Origin: Squalus acanthias
Lineage: Eukaryota
Direction: 5' to 3'
Length of the DNA stretch: 64,000 nt
NCBI GenBank assembly: GCA_030390025.1
Contig: CM059434.1
Span: forward strand, 45,384,001-45,448,000
Part shown: positions 23,930 through 36,514 of the stretch, in pieces
Position numbering within the stretch: position 1 is the first letter of the stretch
Layout: each line of letters begins with the position of its first letter
Notes under the pieces: generated by a model
Told to the model about the DNA's origin: nothing
The model's input: the letters and a program-made list of their open reading frames with translations, nothing else
The model's database searches: none
Program-made: the position numbers and the translations under genes

Positions 23930-25742
23930 ATAGAGTTATACAGCACAGAAAGAGGCCCTTCAGCCCATCGTGTCCGCGCCGGCCATCAAGCCCTGTCTAT
24001 TCTAATCCCATTTTCCAGCACTTGGTCTGTAGCCTTGTATGCTATGGCGTTTCATCTAAATGCTTCTTGAATGTTGTGAGGGTTCCTGCCTCTACCACCC
24101 TTTCAGGCAGTGAGTTCCAGCTTCCAACCACCCTCTGGGTGAAAAAGCTTTTCCTCAAATCCCCTCGAAACCTCCTGCCCCTTACCTTGAAACTATGCTC
24201 CCTGGTTATTGAACTTTTCCCCTCAGGAGAGGGGTCCTTTCTATCTACCCTACCTGTGCCCCTTATAATTTTGTACACCTCAATCAGGTCCCCCCTCAGC
24301 CTTCTCTGCTCTAAGGAAAACAACCCCGGCCTGTCCAGTCTCTCTTCATAGCTGTCATAGCTGAAGCGCTCCAGCCCAGGTAACAATGGCATCAAGCTGA
24401 GACTGCATGAGAGCAGTCTGAGATTGAATGGCACCAACCATAGACTGTATTACAGCACTAAGACGTTGCGTCGCTTCCGCCTGTGCTGCAATGGAAGCTG
24501 CCAGATCGGCCATCACACGTGGCACTAGGTCTGGGTCACCATGGTCTCTCTGGGAGTCTACCATCTTTTTCTGGAAATGATGGGCTCCATGGTGCTCACA
24601 GAGCTTTGTGCAATGTTGGAGACGGACTCCTCCACGCTCCTTACCATTGCTGACAGGCTCTCGGGCACCCTTGCCATTGTACCTATGATCGCCGTGTGCA
24701 TGCCCATCACCCTTCTTCTAAAGGCCTCCCCATCGCGTTTCTCATCTGAGTCCTGTGCAGCAGAACTCGCGCGCGAACTCGTCCTCCGGGGAACTGGGCC
24801 CCGAGCTACCCTTTCCCCCTGGCCTTGCTGCAGCCCGCTTGTTCCCGGTGCATCACCCTGTGGAGTTCGCACTACTAGACTAGCCTCTAAAGAACATGTA
24901 GTGCCAGTATCTGAGCTGGTGCCTGTGGGTGAGACATGCAGTGACACGGTGTGTTCATCCTCCTCCTCTTCTCCCGCATCGCCCTCAACGGTGCCCTCAG
25001 GGACAGGCTGCTCATTATCTGAAAGCATAAAGGCACAAGAGATGGGTTAAGGTGAGGGGAGGGCGGCAGGAAGGGAGAAATGCATGCATACAGCATAATT
25101 AGCTGGAAAGTGTGAAAGGCTTGTGGAATGAGGGGGAAGTGGGATTTGAGAAGAAGGAGTAGGGATGAACATACCGTTGTTGTCCCCAAGGGGGTCAGTG
25201 TCGCCGGTGGCCACGGCGCCCACCACCTGGCGCCCAATAATCTCCAGCGTAGACAGTGGTTGGGTGTCGGCTTGTCCCCCGCCTGTGCGCTCCTGCTCCC
25301 TCCTGTTGTGAACCACCTTGGCCTGCAAAAGAAAGGTTAGTATGTGAGTGAGCGTGGAGCAATGTGTTTGGGTGATGTGCCTGCCATAGTTGAATAGCTG
25401 TCATTGTGTGCAAGGTGTGAGATGTGGGTGTGAGTGTTGGTAGGTAGAGATGTTGGTGGGTGAGTGCTGTGGGTGTGGTGCTTTGGCCAGTGTGTGCAGA
25501 CTGTGGTTCAGACAGTGGTATGTAGCATTTGTTGAGGCATTGACTCACCCTGACCACCCGAGTGAGGTCGTTAAATTTCTCCCTCCACATGGCACAGCGA
25601 GATTCATTAGCGCCTGGTGCTAAATCTCAAACTTTTCCAAAGTTAGTGCCCATTCCTGGGCGACAATGAATTTCTCCCCCATGAGATTTGGTATAGAAAT
25701 CATGAGTTGCTTTTTCTTTCCCATCTCCACCCCTCGCTGACA

Positions 25743-25800
25743 TTTGCTCCCAGACAGGAAGCGCATTCTGTGACCTTTGCTCCCGGACAGGAAGCGCATT
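25743..25800 (+). repeat. 25-bp direct repeat x2 (TTTGCTCCCRGACAGGAAGCGCATT)
   Basis: Copies at 25743-25767 and 25776-25800, one mismatch. Confidence 0.85.
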
Positions 25801-26484
25801 TGGCCGTCACTAACTGATTACCGATTTCCACAAATAATCCCTGATGTCTGTCCTGAATTAATCCATTTTACTAACAAATGTTAAAATGTTTGCTCCACAC
25901 CACAGGATTTCTTCTGTTTAAAGCCACAGCAGAAACGTCTTTGTCTAATGGCTTGCAATGCGCTATTACTCACAGAAAAAGCTTCATGGTTCATACCAGT
26001 TGGACAGATGGCCTTCAAAAGCTGGTCTTTGAGTCTCCTGGAGAGAAATCAGATTTAAAAATGATGCAGAGTTTCAGACAATGAGGGACATCTGGGCTCA
26101 GCCCTGCCCACTCGGGGCCGCAAGTCCTGCCCTTCACAGACCCCGATTGGTTGGAGGACCAACCGCCCACTCGGTCCGCCAGTCCCTCTCCACTCTTCCT
26201 ATCGGTCCGGAGCTCACGTCAATCACCCGGGCCGGGTTACTGGTGAGACTGACGGTCCTGAGCTGCTCTTGTCTTGTTACATCTCATCTCATCTCATCTC
26301 GGTTGAGTCGGCATATGCAGCCGAGCTGTACTCCGCCAACTTTGACCAGGACACTGGGGACAACTCCACTGCTCTTCTTCGAAATAGTGTCATGGGAGTT
26401 GGAAAATACATATCCCTCTAGCCTGTCTGTTACAATATTGAATTAAACTAAATGACTAAGTTTCAGAAAAAAAAATGTTAAGTT

Positions 26485-26770
26485 TACATAGAAACATAGA
26501 CATAGAAACATAGAAGCTAGGAGCAGGAGTAGGCCATTCGGCCCGTCGAGCCTGCTCCACCATTCAATACGATCATGGCTGATCATCCAAATCCAGTACC
26601 CTGTCCCTGCTTTCTCACACAGAATCCCCATCGAGCCTGCACTGACACATATCCCACCCTATCCCCGTAACCCCACATATTTAATTCCCCCTAACATATC
26701 CCATCCTATCCCCGTAACCCCACATATTTAATCCCCCCCTAACACTAAGGGTCAATTTATCATAGTCAAA
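26485..26770 (-). mobile_element. CR1 3' end (ACATAGAA tail) plus SINE fragment with a ~48-bp tandem duplication
   Basis: ACATAGAA repeats then GGAGCAGGAGTAGGCCATTCGGCCC; ACATATCCCA(C/T)CCTATCCCCGTAACCCCACATATTTAAT occurs twice. Confidence 0.7.
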
Positions 26771-26774
26771 AGGC

Positions 26775-27629
26775 ATGCGCCTGTGCTGTGAGCATTTCTG
26801 ATGGTTTAAAGGCAGTCTTCATTACCCAGCCTGCCCCGTGCTCTCAGGTTTAGGTTTATTTTAGTAATTTCCACCCTCCGCTGCTCCAGAAGCGCTTATC
26901 CCCAACCCCATTCTCAATCCCATCAGTGAAACTGACTTTCTGACTGGAGCATGGAGAGGGCTGGAGGAGCAGGCGGGGAGTCGGGAACAATTGGATGCCG
27001 GAGTGGCTGATCGGAGGAGTGGTGGGGGGTGGGGACGGGCCAGGTGAGCATCGGAGGAGTGGTGAGGGCCGGGAGCAGCATGGGGGGCGGGGGGCGGCCT
27101 CGTGGTGGGGATCGGAGGCCTGGGGTGGGGAATGGGGATTGGAGGCCTGGCGGGAGGGGGGCTTGGAGGCCTGGCGAGGGAGGGGAAATTGGAGGCCTGG
27201 CGGGGGAGGGGAAATCAGAGGCCTGGCGGGGGGGGATTGGAGGCCTCATAGGGGGCAGCCTCCGATTGCGGGGGTGTGGGTTAAGTGGGGCGCTGGATCC
27301 AGGAGGTAAGTATAAAGGCACTTACCTCCTGCATCCAGCAGTCTTCGCCTTATATTAGCTGGCAGGTTTCACGAAGCCTGCAAAATCCGACCAGCCAGCT
27401 TAAATTTAAAATGGAGGTTAAATCTGAGGCATGCCAGCCTCATTAATATATTTAAATAGAAGACCCGCCTCCTGGGAGTGGGTTGGCTGCCTGCCCCCTG
27501 TCCCGCCTCTGTTAAAGCCGGAAGTGGGTGGGATGGAGGCGGATTCTGGTCAGGATTCAGACTTTTAACACTTTTAACTTCCCACCCGACTCAAACGTAC
27601 CTGTTTTTGTGGGTTAAAATTCCCCCCCC
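26775..27629. mobile_element. Right part of a G-rich Harbinger-type MITE
   Basis: GGAGGCCTGG repeats; ends TAAAATTCCCCCCCC; shares the GGCATGC..GCCTCATT..ATATTTAAAT motif with about 63535. Confidence 0.55.
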
Positions 27630-27689
27630 AATATGTCCAGCCACCGTGGAGAATAAGCAACAAAATAAATAATTCCTAAATCAATAGAG

Positions 27690-28155
27690 TACGTCAGGAG
27701 ATGCCCTCTGGCTATACTATGACCAGATTTGGCCACCTAGAAACATGGAGATGTTCAAGTCTTGGAGGTGATGCAGAAAAGAGCCACAACGTGTCAGATG
27801 ACTAAGATAAGGAAAGACTGTAAACACTTTGGTGCTTCAGCCTTGAAAGGAGAAAATTAAAGGGGATACCTCATTAGGGTGATACAAAATTGTAAAAGAT
27901 ATAGAAATTACAAATCTGGAACAATACTTTGTAAAACTATAGTAGTAAGATGAGTGGGTAGAGGTTCAAATTGGTGAAAGTTTCGGACCGATGCCTGGAA
28001 GTTATTTGTGCAGAGACTGATCATGTGATACAGTTGTGAAAGCAGAAACTAATTATTTGAGAGACAGGTTGATGCTGTGATGGGTCTCTAGGATTATCTA
28101 GATGGATGAGTTAGAATGGCCTTCTTTGTCTCTATTTACTTCATGATCTTGTGAA
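27690..28155 (+). mobile_element. Old degraded CR1 3' fragment
   Basis: Remnant similarity (TTCAGCCTTGAAAGGAGAAAATTAAAGGGGATACC...) to the CR1 ORF2 C-terminus; ends TCATGATCTTGTGA. Confidence 0.5.
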
Positions 28156-28859
28156 TCTGATGTCCATATTCCTGTCAAGTGGCCCTATTTCAGGATGGTT
28201 TTCCAAGGGAGCATGTGGAAAGACAAGGCTGTCATTGCTTCCATGTAGTCCTGTCCACCAACCTGTATTTACACACCTTGATTTTCCCAGCAGGTTCCTT
28301 TGCTGCTGCATGGGGACTGACTAATGACATAAAAGAAAAAAGAAAATAAAGTGCATGTAAAGACTAAATGCCCATTCATCAATGGTGATGGTGTATGCGT
28401 TTTTACCTTATGTAGAGGTTAGAGTAAATTGGGTAAAGTCAGTGGTATAGGATGGCTTTAAAAAGGTTGAAGTGGATGGGATAGTGGTGCTTTTTTTGGG
28501 TGCATGGGGTTTGGAAGTAGAGGCCAAATATCTCTTTATTAGGCAGGATGTTCAATTAATCAGAGCCTTGTACCAACATCTGAGATGGGTTTAGTCCGAG
28601 TTTGAAATTGGCAGAATTAGAATGTGAGTCTGACTTGTAGTGGGGTATTTAAGTGCTTATTATAGAGATCTTTTAGACTAGAGGGTGGGCACATGCTGTG
28701 GTAACTTTTACTTTAAAAAAAAACCCAACATGCTACCATGGCCAGCAAACCTGCTAGTTTTGTGGAAGATCATTGCTTTGAAGTTGCAAAGATTTAAAAA
28801 TATTCAAAGACAGTTTCATCAGAACCCAAGTAGTAATTGAGGTTGTATAATCATCCCAG

Positions 28860-29385
28860 TTGGACTTCTCTGAACTTTCTCCGTTTGGGGCCGATAACCG
28901 AGTTAAGGCCAGACATTTAGCGCCCGGCGCGGAAGTACTGCCCCGGCCGCTACATTCGGCTTACCGCCACGCACTGAAAGTGGAGCGCAGTGTCGGGCGC
29001 TCCACTTCCTGGTGGGGCGGTAACCGAGGCGATGTCGGGGTGCAGAGCGCTGCTGCGTTTCAACGCCCCTCCCTTTCAGTTAAAGCACTCTGCAGGGCCT
29101 CCGATGGCCCACACTAGGCCACCAGGGTGGTGTGGTGCCGCGGCGGCAGCCCGGCATTGATGCCGGTGCCGGGCTGCGCGATGGCGGCCAGGACCACTCC
29201 ACGGCCCACCACGGAGGGCCGACCTGGAGGTCGGCTAAAAAAAGAAATTGGCGGTGCAGGTCGCGGCTGCACCTCCCCTTTAAATACCGCCCCACGAGCG
29301 GAGGTCAACCCGGCTCGCGACCTGCGAGGCTGGCGCTGGCATCGCCTGTGGCATCCTCGCAGGACACAGCCTAATTTCTGCCTTG
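28860..29385. mobile_element. GC-rich MITE remnant related to element C
   Basis: CpG-rich island with CCCCTTTAAATA motif as in 23157-23929; AATTTC-type right end; left TIR not recognisable. Confidence 0.55.
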
Positions 29386-30694
29386 GGGCATGGTTCTTGA
29401 GTTAGATCATAGTATTTGATTAGCTTCACAGACAACAGCTTTGCATTGGTAAATGATAAGTTAATGGCGAAGGTAATAAAACAATATTTGCCCTGACTTA
29501 TACTACTATACATCACTACACATTAGCCTATATTACACTGCATGTTGTTACAATGAATTGTATACTAATTTCCATTCCGTGCATGAACCGATTATTATAA
29601 GAACATGTGAATAACATTTGTAGTACTGTTCACACAGAAAACAAATATACAATTATTTTAAATGCATATTAGTTTTAATACACATACAGCAAACAATTAT
29701 TACAGTTTAATTTACTCATTACCTGAACATAAGAGCAAAGAATCTTTGTTTTTCAAGGATTTTTTTCTGTCTTTCCAGTGAACATTTTCATCATGCACTT
29801 TCTTCCATTTTAGTTGTACTTTAGATAATTCACAGCTTGTTCTAATCACTTGCTACTACCTCCCATGGTTGTCTCTCACTTGTGCTTTTCCGCACCAGCT
29901 TTTTTAGAAAAGAGTGAAAGCCCTCTGGATGGTACAATTAGTTACTGCAGCCAACCCCTAGTCAACATGGTCCTGTCCCAGCTGAAGTGGCTGGCTCCCT
30001 ATCACAGCTTTTATATCTGTCACTGCCTGGTGAATGTGCTCGGAGTCAGACTCAGATGCTGTTTGCACAATTAGTCCCTATCAAAAACAAGAGCTCAGGC
30101 AGTAGTATGACAGTGACTCTCGAAATTGCTGTTTTGAAAAAAAACACTGATCAACACAAAACATGATTTTTGTAAAATATTTTCTGAAAAGATTAAGATA
30201 TTTTTCAATAAAACAAATATTTTAAAAACTACAAAAAATAAAAGTCAGGTGGAAAATCCATGGTTTTGCTGTAAACCTTATAGGCTGGTTATACTACAGT
30301 TTATCAATGCAAAGTTATTAGGACTGTACCAAAAGTTGTTTTTGAGACTAATATCATTTAAATATATTGGATAAGTATCTGAAAAGGAAGACTGTAAATT
30401 AATATGGAGAAAGACAGGGAAAAAGGATTATTGTGGATAGTTGCATTTGAAGAATTAACAAGTGTAGGTGTGCCTCTTTCTGTGCTGTAATTTCCATAAG
30501 AAGTGGTTTTAAACTTACTTAAATGTAAACTCTATTGATAATTTGGGTATGAAATGAACTGAAGCAGGTTTAGCCAAGAGTTGTAAGATGACCTCTAGAG
30601 TATCCTTTGGATTCATACCTGGTGCAGTTGGACTGCGGTGGCTCAAAAGTTTAATTAAAAAAATTCCCAAGCAGGCATTCTTTTTCAATATATA

Positions 30695-31100
30695 TGAAAT
30701 TTCCCCCCTTAATTTTCTCCCTTTTCTGAAGGTGATAACTCTGCTGGATGCAGTTGCAGCAGCCCTCCATTAACTCACCCAAGTGGCCACTCTTCAGATA
30801 TGAGCTGAGATTATGCGTGTCTGCAGATAATTTGACCCAGTGCTAGGAGGGATGGGGGAAGCATCATAGCTGAACACAATCCTGTTCTCATTCAATATCC
30901 ACACAACCACAGGGATCGCTGAATGGAGGTCACGAGTGGGAACCTTGGATTTACATTTCACTTCCTACTGAAGCAAACTGTAACGTCTCAAAAACTGTTC
31001 CAGTTGAGGTGGGCTGACTCAGCATAAATGAGGAATTGAACCTATATATACAGTTCAATTCTACACTATGAAGTGCCTTTTCCCACTAGGCCACAGGGGA
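30695..31100 (-). mobile_element. tRNA-derived SINE-like repeat (degraded), same family as 60745-61135
   Basis: Reverse-complement similarity to 60745-61135 (AAGTGGCCACTCTTC / GAATAGCCACTT; CTGAAG / CTTCAG). Confidence 0.5.
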
Positions 31101-31741
31101 AATCAAAATTTGTTCTTCCCCATTTCATTCTTAGCAGAGAGTTGACAGACTTTGGTAGCTCTCTGGTAACAATAACCATAAATTTTTTTGATCTGTCCTA
31201 GTGTTAAAATTTAACTTGCATTTGGATGCTGGTCAGTGAAGCAAGCTGGCACATACAGATCTCTGTCTTCCCTGGTCACAGAGGGCCTATGGCTGCGATT
31301 TTGCCGGCGCTCAGAGGGCGGGTTTGGAGGCGGGTCAGGAGTTAAAATCTAAATGATTGACAGCGGGTTGCAAACCTGCCGCCATCCCGTCTCCACGCAA
31401 CTTTACAAAGTGTCGGGTCTGCGAGTCCCGATCAGATTGACTACATTTTCAGCGTGTTGCACGTTGTGCGACAAACACGCCAGCTGATTGTGCCGAGTTC
31501 AGCAACTCGCTGAATACTTGACAGCTGCTCCTGCAGCATAAAAGCGGACCTGTAACATGACTCACTTTCAGATGGCAGAACTTTGTGTTTTGAGGTTTTG
31601 GAACACATTTTGCAGGTCTATTGAGCTTGTAAGTGTTTAAGCTGAGATCCATATGCACTGTGACCTCCTTGGAAAACCCTCCCCCCACATTGACTGAGCC
31701 CTTATAACATCTATTCCTCAACTGAGATATATACCAGCGGA

Positions 31742-32958
31742 ATGGGAACCATTTATACCCTCTCCTCCTGGTCCTCAGAATCGGAGGAAGAGCAGCTGCG
31801 ACAGCAGCAGAACCAGGCACAACAGCAGCACCAACAACAGGAGCGCCAACCTTCTCCTCAGCCACCTGATGCTGCACAGGGCAGAAGCTGTCAGCGCAGG
31901 GCTGCACCGCGCCACAGGAGATACCCCCGACACAGGGTTTACAGGCAGAGGATGAGCTTCCTCAACATGACTGAGCAGCAGTGCCAAAGGAGGCTGAGAC
32001 TTCCGTGAGAGGTAGTCGCTGACATCTGCACCAGCACCTGGAGCCCAGAGGAGCGGGTGGACACTCCTTACCAGTGGCTGTCAAAGTCACCACCGCACTC
32101 AACTTATTTGCTTCAGGGTCCTTCCAGGGCTCATCAGCAGACATCAGCGACATCTCCCAGTCGGCCGCACACACTTGCATCACGCAGGTTACCGATGCCC
32201 TCTTTGCAAAGTTGCATAATTACATCCACTTCTCCACGGATGAAGCAAGTGTAACCGTGCGTGCGGTTGTCTTTGCAAATATGGCAGGCTTCCCAAGGGT
32301 GCAGGGCGTCGTAGACTGCACACCTGTGGCCCTTAGGGCACCCCATCACAACCCAACTGTTTTTGTCAACTGCAAGGGCTTCTACTCCCTTAACGTCCAG
32401 CTGGTGTGTAACCACAGGAAGAACATTATGCATGTTTGGGCCAAGTTCCCTGGCAGTTGTCATGACTCGTTCATCCTGCGGCAGTCTACTGTGCCTCAGC
32501 TGTTCAATTCGCCAACCCAACTTTCCAGATGGCTACTTGGAGACAAGGGCTATCCCCTGAAGATGTGGCTAATGACACCGATGAGGAGGCCATCAAATGA
32601 AGCTGAGGAACGCTACAATGTGAGCCACATTTCCACCAGAAGCATCATAGAACAAACCATCGGCTTGCTCAAAATGTGATTCCGATGCCTCGACAGATCT
32701 GGTGGAGCCCTACAGTACTCAGCAGCCAGGGTCTCCAGAATCATCGTGGTCCGCTGTGCACTGCACAACATCACACAGCAGCGTGCCTTACCGCTGCCTG
32801 AGGAACACGTAGCTCAGCGCACAGCCTCCTCGGAAGAGGAGGAGGAGGAGGCAGATGAGGAAGACCTTGCGGAGGCGGATGTGCCAGTTCCACCAGCACG
32901 CGAGCACATTGCTGGCCGTGAGGCAAGGGATGCACTAATCCATGCCAGATTCGCTTAA
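31742..32958 (+). pseudogene. Harbinger transposase of element D
   Basis: Q-rich N-terminus; frameshift about 32005; CGA>TGA at 32677; catalytic motifs present. Confidence 0.92.
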
Positions 32959-33249
32959 GTTTACGCAGCCAACACATGTGGCTGGCACATGAAAATGTGT
33001 GTCTGGCCGACCTTCTTAACACACAATACAGCATCTGTACAATAAACTGTGGGTTCCTATCACTCTCACCACCATCATTACAGATGAAAGGCGCCCTGAC
33101 CCCTCACTGTTCAACTTCCATTTCTGAGCACACATAGGCCAACTCTTTGAATTTTTGCCATCGCATTTCTTTATTACAATTGAAATAACGATGAGAAACT
33201 TCACTTTGTATTAGATCAAAACACCCAAGTGACTACAATTGTGACTATT

Positions 33250-35148
33250 TGTGTGTTAACTTTCTCTTACACGTGCTTCTACGTGGTCCTTCCCCTGTGG
33301 CTTCAGCAGATGTTGAGACATCTTGCTCCCTTCCATGCTGCACCTGCTTCGATGCCTTTGGCGTGTGTCCTCGGAGTTTGGGAGCCTGGGAGGGCTCGGC
33401 AACAGTCTGCTCCTCCTGCGGCTGTGCAGGTGCTGAGACGTTAGGTGAGGAATCTGGGGCTCTGACCGAGGGCTCCAGGGTGGCATGGGAGTGTGAGCGC
33501 TTGGAGAGGAGCCCACACTTCCTTGTTGTCGACCACCAACATCCCTCTCATGGGTCACCCGCACTTCACTGCTAGCACATAGCTGGAGAGCACCTTGCTG
33601 CTCATCAGTGGGGCCATGAGGACCCGTCTCTGTACTGACAGTCCTCATAACGGGGATGTCCATGTACCTCTGGTGTCTCTCCTCAATAGATGCCCATCTA
33701 TCCTCCATTGCAGGCCATCTATTTAGAAGAGTCACCATGTTCATTTAAGTCTGGCGATTTATGTCCTCCAAGGAGGTTGCCATCCTTTCCATGGCGGCAC
33801 CTACATTTGCCATTGCGTGCACCACGGCATTGCTCATGTTTGACATAGACTCCTCCATTCTCTGCACACTTGCAGTTACAGTGGTTGCAAACCCTGTCAG
33901 AGACTCCTGCACTTGTTTCTGAAGTTCCAGCGCCGCTCTCTTTCTGGATGGCCCCAGAGGCACAGGGTCCACATGCAGCTGGACAGAGCTAGGAGCATCC
34001 AGCGCCCTCCGACAAGGACTCTCCTCTGCTGTCCCTGTCTCCACCATCTGCTGATGCTCACTTGTGAGCTGTGATACACCAGGTGACAACACTAATCTAT
34101 CTCGCAAATGACCCACCGATGTGTGTGTCTCTGCGCTGGTGCTGGGTGCACTCAATTCTGCTGACACTGCTCCCTCAGAGGCTGCAGCTTCCTCTGAGGA
34201 GTCTTCCAGCTCTTCCTCCTGGACATGGGGAGGGGGGCTCTCGATGGTCCTGCGGGGGAGTAAAGGCATGAGTTAGACATGTGATATTATCGTAGCAGAC
34301 ACATCCCATTGTGCAGATGATCAGAACTCAATCTGTATGAACATCAGATGCCATATTAATCACTCATGAAATCTAAATGAGTGGGTTGCAAATCTATTCT
34401 GTCACTAGCTTGCTCTACTGTGCCCGTCTCTCTGTCCCCCACTTCCAGCTTCTCAGCACCTCCGACGATGTCGATTGCAGCCTCCTCAGCGGTGGTCAAG
34501 TGCGCCATGGAAGGTGGCCCTCCGCCTGTCCTCCCCCTCACCCTCTTATTGTGGGCTCTCTTTTCCTGCAATGAGAGACACAAGTGGAGTTTGAGCGAGA
34601 ATGTTGGAGTGAGTGTAGAGAATCCATAGCATAGATGCTTAGAAGGATACAAAGATGGAGTGAGGTGCCAATACCAAGGGCCCTCCCTGTGTGTTGTTAG
34701 TTGTTGCCATTGCATAACAGTGATAGCGAGTGTGAGGGGTGCATAGTAGAATGGTGGAGTGATTCTGTACATAGAGAGAGAGGGATGGTTAAGGGTGCAA
34801 GGGATGTAAGGGTAAATTGAGTAATGCAGGAGTAGGTTGACAATACACAGTGCTGGTGATGAGAAGAGATGGGAAGCAGGTTGAAGGTAAGTGTGATGTT
34901 ATACTCACTTTTGCTGAGCGTAGCAGATCATTGAAACTTTTCCTGCACTGAACCCAGGTGCGTGAACACAAAGACCTGGTGCTAACCTCCTCAGCAATTT
35001 GCTGCCAGGCTGCCATGGTTTGCCGAGGAGGCTTCCTCCGTCCATTTGAGGGGAACAGAACCTCCTTGCACCCTCTCACTCCCTCCACAAGAGCATGGAG
35101 GGAGTCATCATCGAATCTTGGAGAAGCCTTTGCTCTTGAAGCAGTCAT
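33250..35148 (-). pseudogene. Myb/SANT-like gene of element D (exon 1 34909-35148, exon 2 from 34565, exon 3 from about 34249)
   Basis: MTASRAKASPRFDDDSLHALVEGV...AWQQIAEEV...RTWVQCRKSFNDL; 1-bp deletion early in exon 3 relative to element E; TAA at 33745. Confidence 0.9.
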
Positions 35149-35839
35149 TTCGCTATCAGTAACTCTGAGAAGCAGCAGAATATGAATGAAACACCACAAG
35201 GCTGCATGGGCCCCTTAAATGCAGCTGAATGGAAGACGTCAGCAGAGGCGAGCAGCAGACCCGAACCCACTGATTGGGCCGGGTAACGCGCACGGCGGGC
35301 TTAATAGGGAAAATAGTTATTTCAAAGCGGCTGAAACCGGCAGTGGGACCGGAACCCACTGACCAGCCAACCTGACTCCAACCCGCTGCCTATGGTAAAA
35401 TCGTGGCCGTAGAGACAGCATTATAACTCTGCACTGGCAGCCTTTGCTTTGGTTTTGGGTATCTATAGTCTAACAATGTCCTTAAAGTCACTTTAAATTG
35501 TTCCTTACTTTAGAAATCAAATTTGTTTCAAATTTCTTGGTTTTCTTTGTGTAATAATTAAAAATAGAATACTAACCAGTGTTCCCTTTAACCTGCCGCA
35601 GCACTCTGCAGCTCCTGCGCAAGTAGCTCACCGGCTTTTAAATAGGAAAAACCCTGCGTGTGCGGTATTTTGAATGAGCCGCACAGCCTCTTAAAGGGCC
35701 ATGCACCGAAAAAAATAATTAAAGGGAACATTGATACTAACGTGTCTGATATATTTTAATCTGAGGTGGTAATTCTTCTGTTTGTAATCATGATATGAGA
35801 TGAATAATAATATATTTCAAACTTTTTTTTTCTGTAAAG

Positions 35840-36187
35840 GTACTTTGCATATGGACATATTTCAAAGTCCACTGAAAGTTCTTGTGAATGAAGATGTTCT
35901 TCTGGGATGTAAAGTGTCAGGCTTCAACACTGCAGAGCTTGACCTGGATTATGTAGCTATCCAGTGGTTCTTGGTACATGAAAAAATCAGGAGAAAGGTG
36001 TATGTGTTTAATAAAGGGAATCATTCCTCGATTAGACCAGGCGCAAGAATTAATGAAGATGATTTGCGGACAGGAAATGCTTCACTGTATCTTCCAAAAA
36101 TACAAATCAACGAAGAAGGACAATACACCTGTACTGTATTTTATACTCCATCAAAAGCAGAAAAGAGCTCAGTGATCCAAGTGTTAG
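35840..36187 (+). CDS. NCR3LG1-like: B7-H6-like gene exon 2, IgV domain
   Basis: Phase 1-1, 348 nt; C...W...GNASLYLPKIQINEEGQYTCTVFYTPSKA and KVYVF..H...RPGA closely parallel human B7-H6 (KVFEF..DH...RPGA; [29 protein letters not shown], from recall). Confidence 0.93.
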
Positions 36188-36234
36188 GTAATTAAAAAAA
36201 AATAAACTTTGTCTGTATTGCTGAGACCTATCTT

Positions 36235-36345
36235 AAAGTAAGAAGTCGCACAACACCAGGTTATAGTCCAACAGTTTTATTTGAAATCACAAGCTTTCGG
36301 AGCTATCGATCGCCCCTTCCTCAGGTGAAGTAAAGAGATACAGAA
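36235..36345. repeat. Short repeat fragment (probable Penelope-like terminus)
   Basis: CACAACACCAGGTTATAGTCCAACAGTTTTATTTGAAATCACAAGCTTTCGGAG; class assignment from recall only. Confidence 0.4.
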
Positions 36346-36514
36346 TCGCCAAAGCATATATAGATAGAGAACAATGCATGTGTTACTTACAAAAGCAGAC
36401 TGTTCACATATCTAAGACATATTTAACATATTTCACATATTTAAGACATATCTTAAAGTATATTTGTCCATAAACCTGCTTACTGAAATTGGTTATAGCA
36501 CACACAAGAACATA

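Larger units (their letters stand above)
19084..24385 (-). mobile_element. 5'-truncated CR1 LINE (body 23930-24385) whose 8-nt tandem tail is split by elements B and C
   Basis: SYEERLDRPGLFSLEQRRLRGDLIEVYKI...FFTQRVVGSWNSLP; AGTCATAG tail units at 19084-19098, 23146-23156 and 23930-23940. Confidence 0.88.
18640..25590 (-). pseudogene. Myb/SANT-like partner gene of element A: exon 1 remnant 25549-25590, exon 2 25175-25322, exon 3 from 25018, split by the 19084-24385 insertion
   Basis: KFNDLTRVVR|gtgagt; ag|AKVVHNRREQERTGGG; exon 3 continues on both sides of the CR1 insertion. Confidence 0.8.
16797..25680. mobile_element. Harbinger transposon A (decayed; transposase +, Myb-like gene -), hosting a CR1 fragment and two nested elements
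   Basis: TIR GGGGGAGAAATT at both ends; 3-bp TSD with one mismatch; flanks rejoin as AAAATCATGAGATT. Confidence 0.85.
31291..35408. mobile_element. Harbinger transposon D (transposase +, Myb-like gene -), close relative of E and B
   Basis: TIR GGCTGCGATTTTGCC / GGCCACGATTTTACC; TSD not clean; both genes full length but disrupted. Confidence 0.9.
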
